Source: Candidatus Poribacteria bacterium
GTDB lineage: Bacteria > Poribacteria > WGA-4E > WGA-3G
Length of the DNA stretch: 64,000 nt
Assembly (NCBI GenBank): GCA_963663765.2
Contig: CAXXUA010000003.1
Location: 480,001 to 544,000 of the forward strand
Reading direction: 5' to 3'
The position numbers and the translations under genes are program-made. This document shows, in pieces, positions 55,062-64,000 of the stretch. The notes below the pieces were generated by a model, which was not told where the DNA came from, ran no database searches, and worked only from the letters and a program-made list of their open reading frames with translations. Every line of letters begins with the position of its first letter. Position 1 is the first letter of the stretch.

Positions 55062-57278
55062 ATGTTAAAACTCCTTTATTCTATACGAAAAACTATAGGT
55101 GTGCTGATAGGTGTAATTCTCATTGTTATCGGTGGAACATATTATCTCAATCACCTTGAAAACGAAAAAACGCTTGAAGAAGAACGTAACATACGTCTTG
55201 ACTATAAGCAGTGGCATTTACCTGAAGGTGCAAAAGCACGTATTGGCTCGGGAACTATCAGTTCATTGAAGTATTCTCCAGATGGCAATTTGTTAGCCGT
55301 TGTGAGTGATATCGGTGTCTGGATTCTTGATGCGCGTACAGCAGAACCACAGCATCTGCTTGCAGCTCATACCGGTGTTATCAATAGTATCTCATTTAGT
55401 GTTGATGGTAACACCCTCGCCGTAGGAACTGAAAATGGGGAAGCGCAGATCTGGGACATTTCTACCGGTGCACACCAGAAAACCTTTACAAAATGGGAAT
55501 ATTATACTGGTGTTGAAAATGCATTTTTGATGCCCGATGGCCGCACATTGGCAGTCATTTATTTATCTATGTTTGACTTGTGGGATATAGCAACTGGGCA
55601 GCGCAAGAATACACTATCTCCTATTGAAAATGGAAAGACTGACGAAAACAGTATACCAAAAATGTATATGAGTTTAGGGGGATACAACAACGCATTCAGC
55701 GCAGATGGTAAAATAGTCGCAAGTTTCAGCAGCGGTGACAGCTTTAGTTTCTGGGATATTGCGACACGAAAAGAGGTCAAAACATTTAAGGCTGAAACTA
55801 CACGGCGGCATGAGTTGGTATCCTATAGTTCAGATTTGCGAACACTGGCAATTGCAAGTGAGAGTACTAGCTTTAAAGGGCAAAGGCAAACACGAATTTG
55901 GAGTATCAATCTTTGGGATGTCAATTCTGGAACGCAGAAGAAAACAATTAAAACAGACAATCTTTTTCCTATTCCGTTTATAGTTTTCAGTTCAGATGGA
56001 AACTATATTGCCAGTTACGATGATGGTGACATTCGTATATGGGATGTCAACACAGGCAAAGCAAAGAAAAAACTTAAAGGAGATAATATTGCTGTTAAAA
56101 CAGTTGCTTTTAGTCCAGATAACCAAACACTCGTCACTGCCAGTTGGGACGATACGTTACGTTTTTGGGATGTTATCACCGGCAAAGAAAGGAAATCAGT
56201 AACAGGATATGGGGGTTACTTTCCGAAAGTGTCGCTAAGTGCTGATGCACAGACACTTATGGGTTTGGCTGTTGGCAGCAGCACTATTCGTATATGGGAT
56301 GCAAACACAGGTCAGCACGAAAAGAACTTCATAGGAAATAAGATAAGTGCTTTGTACACTGTTTTAAGCCCAAATGGAAAAAGGCTTGCGAGTCATTCAA
56401 TTTTCCAAGAGACTATCCATTTTTGGGATGTTATCACCGGTAAACCCATTAAAATTAAGGGACCAAGGCGACACCTCTCTGGTATAGCATTTAGTCGCGA
56501 TAGTCAGACGTTCGCGAGTTGGGGATCGGCGAGCAAACGAAAAAATGTTATTCATCTTCATGACGTTGATACGGGAGACATACAGCGAACCTTGAAGTTA
56601 ACTTACGAAGATAGGTTTCGTATTCCAGCAGAGTTATATTTTGACAAGAAAATGTTGGCTGGTATTGGAAGATTCGATCCGGATCTTTTCGTATGGAATA
56701 CGGTTTCAGGAGATTACAAAATCACAAACGTAGGAGACACAGATGTTCATGTGGCACGGTTTAGTCCGGATGGACGCGTGCTTGCAATTGTATCTGGTAG
56801 ATTCAATGAACAGTCAAAGAGTATCGTGCTTCGGGATGTAGAGACAGGAGAGCATATCCGCACCCTCGTTGGACATACGGATAAGATTGACAGCCTTGCT
56901 TTCAGTCCTGACAGTCGGACGCTCGCAAGTGGAAGTGGAAGTAGAATGAGAGAGAAAACAATCCTTTTATGGGATATAGAAACAGGCAACAGCAAAGACT
57001 TTACGGATCCAAGTTGGTTCGAAAACTTCCGAATATATACTGGAGTTGTCTCAAGCTTCGCTTTCAGTCCTGACGGTAAGACTCTCGCGAGTGGAATGAA
57101 GTTGGGTGAAATTTACCTATGGGAAACTGCCACTGGTGCAAAAAAGAAAACCCTCCGTGGACATAGTCTAAGGGTATCACACATTTTCTTTAGTGCGGAT
57201 GGTCAAACGCTCATCAGCGCAAGCGATGATGGAACCATACTAATATGGGACCTTACACCCACAAAACTGATAAAGTAA
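55062..57278 (+). CDS. Membrane-anchored WD40-repeat protein
   Basis: N-terminal TM; repeated FSPDGxTLAS..WD units. Confidence 0.92.
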   Translation: MLKLLYSIRKTIGVLIGVILIVIGGTYYLNHLENEKTLEEERNIRLDYKQWHLPEGAKARIGSGTISSLKYSPDGNLLAVVSDIGVWILDARTAEPQHLLAAHTGVINSISFSVDGNTLAVGTENGEAQIWDISTGAHQKTFTKWEYYTGVENAFLMPDGRTLAVIYLSMFDLWDIATGQRKNTLSPIENGKTDENSIPKMYMSLGGYNNAFSADGKIVASFSSGDSFSFWDIATRKEVKTFKAETTRRHELVSYSSDLRTLAIASESTSFKGQRQTRIWSINLWDVNSGTQKKTIKTDNLFPIPFIVFSSDGNYIASYDDGDIRIWDVNTGKAKKKLKGDNIAVKTVAFSPDNQTLVTASWDDTLRFWDVITGKERKSVTGYGGYFPKVSLSADAQTLMGLAVGSSTIRIWDANTGQHEKNFIGNKISALYTVLSPNGKRLASHSIFQETIHFWDVITGKPIKIKGPRRHLSGIAFSRDSQTFASWGSASKRKNVIHLHDVDTGDIQRTLKLTYEDRFRIPAELYFDKKMLAGIGRFDPDLFVWNTVSGDYKITNVGDTDVHVARFSPDGRVLAIVSGRFNEQSKSIVLRDVETGEHIRTLVGHTDKIDSLAFSPDSRTLASGSGSRMREKTILLWDIETGNSKDFTDPSWFENFRIYTGVVSSFAFSPDGKTLASGMKLGEIYLWETATGAKKKTLRGHSLRVSHIFFSADGQTLISASDDGTILIWDLTPTKLIK

Positions 57279-57344
57279 GAAATACGTGTAGTAATGACAA
57301 TAAGTTCTGAATGCTGATTGCAAACCACTGATAAGAATTAGAAT

Positions 57345-58337
57345 ATGCAAAACTACGATATAGAGGCAATGAATGCCCGAATCCAAGACGAAAGCACTCT
57401 TATACAGGACATTCTCAACGAAGCATCAAAAATCATCGTTGGACAACGTACACTCCTTGAACGTTTAGTCATCGGATTGCTCTGTAACGGACATATCCTA
57501 TTAGAAGGTGTCCCGGGACTCGCAAAGACTACCGCTATCGCTGCACTCGCAACAACAATTCATGCCGCTTTTCAACGTCTCCAATTCACTCCCGACCTGC
57601 TCCCAGCAGACCTACTCGGAACGCTAATTTATGACCAAAAGAAGGGTGATTTCTATACAAGAAAGGGACCTATTTTTGCAAATGTTATCCTCGCAGACGA
57701 AATAAACCGTGCACCGGCGAAAGTACAGAGTGCTTTGTTAGAAGCAATGCAGGAACGGCAAGTCACGATAGGCGACACAACATACCCGCTTGATGACCCT
57801 TTCATCGTTTTAGCAACACAAAACCCTATTGAACATGAAGGCACATACCCACTCCCCGAAGCACAAGTAGACAGATTCATGCTAAAGGTCAAGGTCAACT
57901 ATCCTTCACATTCAGAAGAATTGCAGATACTACGTAGAATGACGACTGAAAAAATACAGAACATTCAACAAGTGATTACATGTGAAGATATAATCCGTTT
58001 CCGTGAACTCACCCGCAACATCTATATGGCTGAAGAATTGGAAACATACATCGTAGATCTCATCTGTGCAACGCGCTCGCCAGAAGCATACCAATTAGAC
58101 GAGTTAACCCCGCTAATTGAATACGGCGCATCACCCCGCGCAACGATCTTCCTCGCACTCGCTGCAAGAGCACAAGCATTCTTATCAAAACGCGGATATG
58201 TTACACCAGAAGATATATATGAGGTGGGAATGGATGTGTTAAGACATCGGGTTATCATCAGTTACGAAGCTGAAGCTGAGGGACTTGATTCAGAAAACAT
58301 CATCACTCAAATCTTCTCAAAAATTGAAGTGCCATAG
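57345..58337 (+). CDS. MoxR-family AAA+ ATPase
   Basis: LEGVPGLAKT, QFTPDLLPAD, DEINRAPAKVQSALLEAM, ATQNPIE, GASPR. Confidence 0.95.
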   Translation: MQNYDIEAMNARIQDESTLIQDILNEASKIIVGQRTLLERLVIGLLCNGHILLEGVPGLAKTTAIAALATTIHAAFQRLQFTPDLLPADLLGTLIYDQKKGDFYTRKGPIFANVILADEINRAPAKVQSALLEAMQERQVTIGDTTYPLDDPFIVLATQNPIEHEGTYPLPEAQVDRFMLKVKVNYPSHSEELQILRRMTTEKIQNIQQVITCEDIIRFRELTRNIYMAEELETYIVDLICATRSPEAYQLDELTPLIEYGASPRATIFLALAARAQAFLSKRGYVTPEDIYEVGMDVLRHRVIISYEAEAEGLDSENIITQIFSKIEVP

Positions 58338-58371
58338 TTGGGATATAAAGTAAAACAAGAAAACTCTGCAT

Positions 58372-58661
58372 TTAGAGTATATCAAATTCCTCCACGGTTA
58401 GTCCAGCATGTCTCAAAATTGACCTCAGTGTTCCAACTTTGATTTCACGATTTTTCGGAACCATTACAGCTCTAATTCCAAATCAAATAAATCTTGTCTC
58501 ATTAAGGAATTCTACTGTTTACTGGCAGGGGGTTACTCTCTTCGGTAGGAGCGACCCCCCGGTCGCGACCGGGAGGTCGCTCCTACCAGATTTCCGCTGC
58601 TAATGAGACATTATCACATGAAAATGGTATTAGATACCTCAAATGTGCGAAGTTTTGGCAT
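58372..58661 (-). pseudogene. hicA: hicA toxin remnant split by a MITE
   Basis: Minus strand: MPKLRTF.. from 58661, and VMVPKNREIKVGTLRSILRHAGLTVEEFDIL* ending at 58372; central part absent. Confidence 0.75.
58475..58630. mobile_element. ATACC...GGTAT MITE, reverse copy
   Basis: Reverse complement of 53301-53456; TA on both flanks. Confidence 0.88.
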
Positions 58662-58692
58662 GACAGTTGGAAGAGGAGTTCATTAGAAGGCG

Positions 58693-60180
58693 TCACTCCA
58701 TCTGCGGTTTTTCAAAACTTATTTTCAGCCCTTGATCGCGGAGCGTCTTTTGGATTACTGCTGCGGTTTTCTCAATTGAATCCATCTGAGCCACCGTGGT
58801 GTGAAACTGTTTGACGAAATCTGCCTGTTGGGGGGGCGTGAGTGCGTTGAGACGTTCGACCGTAGGTTTGACGAAAGTTTTCTTGTTCAGGGTAAGTCTG
58901 TTGTCGTTTTCAAGTTCAAAGAGGAGACGAACAAGCCCGGTGTGGTCTTTTATTTCACATTTGTGTTCTGTGCATTCGCGATATTTTTTCGGTAGCGTAC
59001 ACAATGGGTTATCACAGGTGAGTATTGTGCTGTGCCGGGGCTCACATGGGAAGAATGGTTTATAGCATCCCCCCATGTCCATCCCATTGCCACAGAATAC
59101 GTTTTTGCCCGCGCATGTGGGGTCTCCACATTTTGGGCAGGTATCAATCTCCGCAAGAGAACTTTTCAGTTTGAAGTCTTTTATAAAAAATGTTGTTGAT
59201 GTATCTGCAAGGGTGTCCCCCCATTCCGCTGCGGTGATGTCTCTCATAGCGGATACCATCTGTTTAGGATTTTGATTGATGCCTAAACCCAAATTTGGAT
59301 TTTTCTCTATTTTTAGGTATGTGAGAATTGCTGGAATAATCGGATACTGTTGGAGGAACGTCTCGGGATAACGCGTGTGAAAATCTACGAGTGTCGGAAA
59401 TGAAGAACATATTTCTTTTAGTATCTTTCGGGTTTCTATTTTGAGGCTTTGTAACAGACGGCGGGTCTCTACTGAAACGACGTCACAGAATTCTTGAAGA
59501 TTAGACCGTTTTCGGGGATAGACGGTGCATGTTTTTTCGCCGGGGGTCCGGACGTGTTCCAAACATAAAGCATGTTTCTCTCCACAAACTTTACAGGTGT
59601 TTTCCCCGCTATAATGATTGATGTATCCCTTATCACAGTGAGAGATAACCTGATGGCACCTTGAACATATCACTTGAAATTTTGGCGTGCATTTTTTATC
59701 TCCGCATTTGGGGCAGGCTTCAATATCGCTTTCTGTAAAATGGAGTCCGAGTTGGTCTATTAAAGCCGAGGCCAAGGCTTGTTGTGAAACACTTGTCCCA
59801 TTTTGTAACGCACCGGATCGGGGAATGATGTTATTTCCGTTAACGCGTTGCGGAATAAAATCGAATGCGATCTCTGTGATATACCGGAGTAGGTCCTTCT
59901 GTTCGTTTTCTGGCAGGTTTGCAATCGGTTTTAGAAGTTTGAGAAACGGTGTAACATCATCCAATCGTGCAATTTTCCTGACGGTCAAGATAATGGGTAT
60001 ACTTGGATAATGATCAAGCAGTTCTAAAGGGGTTTTTACTCCAAAATCGGCGAGGGTCGGATAGGGGTCTGTCCCTTTCTCAAGCTTTTCCTTGTATTGA
60101 TTTTCAAGGGTTCTGATAGGGTCAATCTGTATCTGCATCTCAAGGTTCATTTTAGGAATCCTCCTTTTGTTATTTGACAA
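58693..60180 (-). CDS. Hypothetical protein with two-fold internal repeat and Cys/His-rich putative Zn-binding modules
   Basis: 495-aa ORF; PTLxDF..YPxIPxILT and CPKCGDxxC each occur twice; true start may be an internal Met. Confidence 0.75.
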   Translation of the reverse strand: MSNNKRRIPKMNLEMQIQIDPIRTLENQYKEKLEKGTDPYPTLADFGVKTPLELLDHYPSIPIILTVRKIARLDDVTPFLKLLKPIANLPENEQKDLLRYITEIAFDFIPQRVNGNNIIPRSGALQNGTSVSQQALASALIDQLGLHFTESDIEACPKCGDKKCTPKFQVICSRCHQVISHCDKGYINHYSGENTCKVCGEKHALCLEHVRTPGEKTCTVYPRKRSNLQEFCDVVSVETRRLLQSLKIETRKILKEICSSFPTLVDFHTRYPETFLQQYPIIPAILTYLKIEKNPNLGLGINQNPKQMVSAMRDITAAEWGDTLADTSTTFFIKDFKLKSSLAEIDTCPKCGDPTCAGKNVFCGNGMDMGGCYKPFFPCEPRHSTILTCDNPLCTLPKKYRECTEHKCEIKDHTGLVRLLFELENDNRLTLNKKTFVKPTVERLNALTPPQQADFVKQFHTTVAQMDSIEKTAAVIQKTLRDQGLKISFEKPQME

Positions 60181-60184
60181 GGGC

Positions 60185-60430
60185 TCAGAGGTTGAGTTTA
60201 TCCAAAAGTTCTGCGGTCAGCTCGTTGGCAGCTTCATCTCCTTGGTTTTTAGAAATATGTTCGTCTATCTCTACGATGTATGTCAGTTGCAGCTCTATCG
60301 GGAGTTCTGAAAGCAGTTGGATAGCTCGTTCTTTAAACTCGCCCCGCATCTGGTCAAGCCGTTCATTGAGTGCGTCAAGTGCAGCTTGGGTTGGGTAGCG
60401 ATTGTGAAGTTCTTCATGGGAAATAGACAT
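60185..60430 (-). CDS. Small acidic helical hypothetical protein
   Basis: 81-aa ORF ending 4 bp before the next ORF on the same strand. Confidence 0.6.
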   Translation of the reverse strand: MSISHEELHNRYPTQAALDALNERLDQMRGEFKERAIQLLSELPIELQLTYIVEIDEHISKNQGDEAANELTAELLDKLNL

Positions 60431-60536
60431 AACTTCTTGAACTTCCGGATACTTTTCAAAATAGAGTTCTATTGCCTCTTTCAGGTTTTCTACCGCCTCG
60501 TCTTCACTCTTACCCTGACTAGCAACATCTATCTCT

Positions 60537-60706
60537 TATAGTGAAATATACAAGTAAGTTTACACTTGTTCTGTAGGCGGGGAATGCCAATAGGCATTCA
60601 TACCGTTGATTTCGATCTCCGAATCGCGACTGAACGCCTTGATAGTCGGGAATCGGAGTTCCCTCCTACACCTGAAAGTGTAAAAATAATTCTAAAATCT
60701 ACTATA
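60537..60706. mobile_element. TA-bounded MITE with inserted hairpin module
   Basis: Homologous to 18420-18558, plus a ~34-bp insert near 60579-60612. Confidence 0.83.
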
Positions 60707-60838
60707 ACATTGAGCAACAAACATATCTCCTTCTTGCGAAATATTTGCAGTAAAAGTCTGTGATTTCATTATTCGTCTCCTTCAATATAACGTGGTATGA
60801 TATATCTAAATTGTAGCATCAAATGAGGAATGTTTCAA

Positions 60839-62077
60839 CTACTCATCAGTCTGTCCAGCAAGAGCAGCCGCACGCGCACCCACACCAAGTACACCCAGAA
60901 AACCCTCCGAATCCGAATGGTCAAAATCACCAATATCCTCCATTGATGACGTCTCTTCAGAGTAAAGGGAATGCGGAACACCCGTCGCAGCATGAAATGC
61001 AACATTACCTTTATATAGCGCAACCGTAATCGTCCCACTTGCCAAACGTGTGAACTGCTCAACCGATGCCAACATTGATTGCGTAGCAGAATCAAACCAG
61101 TAACCTTGATAGATCTGTTCAGCGACAGCAGACGCAATACCATCATAGAGTTTACGCGCCCGTCTATCCAAAATCAGTTGAAGGAGATACTCATAGCATT
61201 TACCCAACAACTCCATCCCAGGAGATTCATAGACACCCCGGCTCTTTATTCCAACAAATCGGTTTTCAACAGTATGTATGCCGATACCAACAGCGTTCCG
61301 TCCACCAATTCGGTTTGCTTCCATCAAACCCATCAGAGGTGTGCAAGGACTACCGTTTACTTCCACAGGCACTCCGCGCGCGAATGTCACAGTGAAGTGC
61401 TCTATATCATCAGGTGCATCTTTCGGATGCACTCCCATCCCCGGCGTAATGAATCCCGCAGGTGTTTTCAGTGATTCCAATCTACCTGCTTCATGCGTTA
61501 ATCCCAGCAAATTCGCATCCGTAGAATAAGGTTTTTCATGCGTCGCAGTAACTGGCAGACCGTGTTCTTGGCAGAAATCAATCATCTCCTTTCTACCACC
61601 GAACTGCTTGAGAAATGCCTCATCCCGCCAAGGCGCGTAAACTGAGAAATTTGGATTTAGCATATTGGTCGCAAGTTGAAACCGCACCTGATCATTTCCA
61701 CGACCCGTTGCACCGTGCGTCAAAATAGAGATGCCGCGACTTTCCATTTCAGGAAGTAACGCTTTCACCGTAACAAACCGAGCAATCCCTGTCGTGTTCC
61801 AATATCCGCCTTCATACATCGCCTTACACTGGATAACGCGAAGCCCCTCTTCAGCAAGTGCTTCCTTTGCATCAATGATGACCGCTTCCTGAGCACCACA
61901 TGCCAACATCCGTTCACGAATCTCGTCCACATCTCTCTCGTCAGGTTGTCCAAGATCCGCAGTAAAACATACGACATCAACACCTTTATCCACTAACCAT
62001 TTGGTAATTGTGCAGCTATCAAGTCCACCAGAGACCGCAGCTCCAACAGTTTTTCCAATTAATTTTTCTATTTTCAT
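60839..62077 (-). CDS. argG: Argininosuccinate synthase
   Basis: SGGLDS, HGATGRGNDQVRF, YSTDANLLG, VENRFVGIKSRGVYESPG. Confidence 0.95.
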   Translation of the reverse strand: MKIEKLIGKTVGAAVSGGLDSCTITKWLVDKGVDVVCFTADLGQPDERDVDEIRERMLACGAQEAVIIDAKEALAEEGLRVIQCKAMYEGGYWNTTGIARFVTVKALLPEMESRGISILTHGATGRGNDQVRFQLATNMLNPNFSVYAPWRDEAFLKQFGGRKEMIDFCQEHGLPVTATHEKPYSTDANLLGLTHEAGRLESLKTPAGFITPGMGVHPKDAPDDIEHFTVTFARGVPVEVNGSPCTPLMGLMEANRIGGRNAVGIGIHTVENRFVGIKSRGVYESPGMELLGKCYEYLLQLILDRRARKLYDGIASAVAEQIYQGYWFDSATQSMLASVEQFTRLASGTITVALYKGNVAFHAATGVPHSLYSEETSSMEDIGDFDHSDSEGFLGVLGVGARAAALAGQTDE

Positions 62078-62130
62078 AATCCAAATTATACCACTATTCC
62101 AACCAAAACGCAATTGCTAACAATTGTGTG

Positions 62131-62810
62131 GGGTGTGTAAACTTTTTTTCACAAGCATCCCACTCTCGATTGTAGGGCGAAATCAAGAAATCATGAAATC
62201 AACGGTATGAATGCCTTTTGGCATTCCCCGGGTATGAATGCCATTTAGGCATTCCCCGGGTCTCTATACCCCGCCGCAACTGATTAAATGAGAGATTGCG
62301 GACACAGAAGTCCTAATGAGTTTTGACGTTCAAGTTGTGTATTCGTAGGGGCGTGGTTTCCACACATGATCTACGCAAACTCAAAAACCAACCGGGTTGG
62401 GGAACCCAACCCCTACGAATTCAACTACCGATTTTGATTGCCAAACTTCATTAGGTGTCAATATAAAGAAATATTGTTAATATTAACCATATTCTTCAGT
62501 CGCGTAGGGACGATATGTTTATCCTTTTATGTCGTTCCTACGGAACTAAAGAGAGGGGATGTGATAACGTTTTTGCTATAAACATTGCGTCCCTACGGGA
62601 CTAAAGAGAACAAAAGTTTGTACCTCTGTGCAAAAACTTTACACACCATAGGCGTCAATTTAAGAAAAAGGTGTTGGCATTTTCTCTTGTGGGAGGGGTT
62701 TTCAACCCCGATTTTATGTTCATTTTCTCTCAAATCGGGGTTGAAAACCTCTCCTACAAGTGGTCAAAACCCTTAAATTGACGCCTATGGTGCAAAAACT
62801 TTACACACCC
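62131..62810. mobile_element. GGGTGTGTAA-ended MITE with several nested elements
   Basis: Same ends as 49520-50269; nested hairpin modules (62180-62258), a REP-pair element (62312-62455) and a MITE (62647-62789). Confidence 0.8.
62647..62789. mobile_element. MITE with 18-bp TIR and 19-bp target duplication
   Basis: CATAGGCGTCAATTTAAG / CTTAAATTGACGCCTATG; GTGCAAAAACTTTACACAC at 62628-62646 and 62790-62808. Confidence 0.88.
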
Positions 62811-62826
62811 ATCCGAAACAAAATAT

Positions 62827-62855
62827 TTGACACATACAGAAATATATGATAAACT
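62827..62855 (+). promoter_or_regulatory. Putative sigma70 promoter with extended -10
   Basis: TTGACA-17 bp-TAAACT preceded by TGn. Confidence 0.55.
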
Positions 62856-62897
62856 TTTGAAGATATTGACACTATTGTAAAGCGCGGAGAAGCATAC

Positions 62898-63350
62898 GTG
62901 ACACTACAACATCCTAAACAAGACGGATTAACACTCATACAGATACTGATCGGTATTGCCATTCTGGGTGTGATCGGTGCTGTCCTTTTAGCACCTCGTC
63001 TACTTGGACAAGCAGGTAGAACACTACAAACACGAGCAAACGAGGATATTGAAACACTCGGTATCGCACTGGATAGATATGCAAATGACTGCGGAGATTA
63101 TCCCTCAACCGAACAAGGACTAAAGGCTCTTTGGGAGAAACCGCAAACACCACCAATTCCTATAGAATGGTTAGGCCCCTATATTCAAATTCCAATCACA
63201 ACTGATCCATGGGGAAACCCTTATGTCTATATACGTCCCGGCATCCATGACCGATACGGATACGACCTGCTCTCTTTCGGTAGTGACGGCTTAGAAGGGG
63301 GAACAGGGGACGGTGAAGACATCGCAAGTTGGATACGTCGTGATGAATAA
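62898..63350 (+). CDS. gspG: Type II secretion major pseudopilin GspG-like
   Basis: Prepilin-like GLTLIQIL plus hydrophobic helix; YPSTEQGLKAL, WLGPY, DPWGNPYVY, YDLLSFGSDG. Confidence 0.88.
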   Translation: MTLQHPKQDGLTLIQILIGIAILGVIGAVLLAPRLLGQAGRTLQTRANEDIETLGIALDRYANDCGDYPSTEQGLKALWEKPQTPPIPIEWLGPYIQIPITTDPWGNPYVYIRPGIHDRYGYDLLSFGSDGLEGGTGDGEDIASWIRRDE

Positions 63351-63427
63351 CAATCCATAATTAACAACAATCATATACCAATAGATGATAAAAAAAGATA
63401 CATACTAAAATATTAGGTATCAAAATT

Positions 63428-64000
63428 ATGAAAATTACCCAAATTGAAGTCATCAAGGTAAAAGTTCCCTACCATGAAGGTATTTATGAGTTAATGTCGC
63501 GTTGAAATCTATACCAAATTGACCACGTATATAAGGTGCATACAGATACAGGAATAATCGGTATCGGTGACGGTTCATTTCAATCAGACGAAACAATAAA
63601 ACGATACATCGGAAGGAATCCATTTGAATATATGAGCGGTTGGGCACCAACGCCTTTACAACAAGCATTTTATGACATTATGGGGAAAACTCTCGGTGTA
63701 CCTGTCCATCAACTCTTAGGGGAAAAGATTCATGATAAAACATCTTTCGGATATTGGTCTATTGACATGACACCAGACGAATGGGCTGCTGAAGCAAAAC
63801 ACGCTTATGCTCTCGGTTATCGTCTACACAAAATAAAAGCACGACCATGGTTTGAAGTTGCCGAACAGGTAGAAGCAATCACCGAAGTTGTACCCGACGA
63901 TTACCAACTACGTGTGGATGCAAACGACTCTTTTGAAACCGCAGCACGCACTATTGAAGTCGCACGACAACTACGCGACTATAATATAGAGTCGTTTGAA
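63428..64000 (+). pseudogene. Mandelate racemase/muconate lactonizing enzyme family gene with in-frame TGA; runs off the window
   Basis: MKITQIEV..; TGA at 63503-63505; same frame continues VHTDTGIIGIGD, YDIMGKTLGVPVHQLLG, KIK, LRVDAN. Confidence 0.8.

Noticed and set aside
63503-63505. TGA recoding or selenocysteine (also 9207-9209)
   Set aside because: TGA terminates ordinary genes here (e.g. 4850, 17467, 26869) and the positions are not catalytic Cys sites; a nonsense mutation or read error is simpler.

Overview
Bacterial DNA of moderate-to-low GC. Its gene repertoire (three sulfatases, ECF-sigma/WD40 fusion, TPR, vWA/MoxR, pectate lyase, AAA-nuclease) resembles Candidatus Poribacteria or a PVC-like organism; the taxon is inferred, not shown. 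The window holds about 35 mostly unlinked genes, and many intergenic spaces are filled with nested miniature mobile elements. These include an intact IS701-type IS with four cognate MITEs (5-bp TSDs), a truncated ISAs1 with related MITEs, several other TIR families and GTAG-type REP hairpins, some amplified into tandem arrays. Main points: (1) a type I R-M locus built as a direct repeat of [hsdM tail/promoter - HigBA-like TA - hsdS TRD1], with a dead alternative TRD and complementary TA lesions; (2) a ~34-bp hairpin module repeatedly inserted at C|G steps inside REP stems of unrelated MITEs; (3) a SodC-like lipoprotein lacking canonical Zn ligands, with a ~215-aa insertion; (4) an orphan duplicated Cys-rich protein upstream of a MITE-destroyed hicA; (5) an archaeal-type pantoate kinase. 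No rRNA, tRNA or CRISPR array was recognised.
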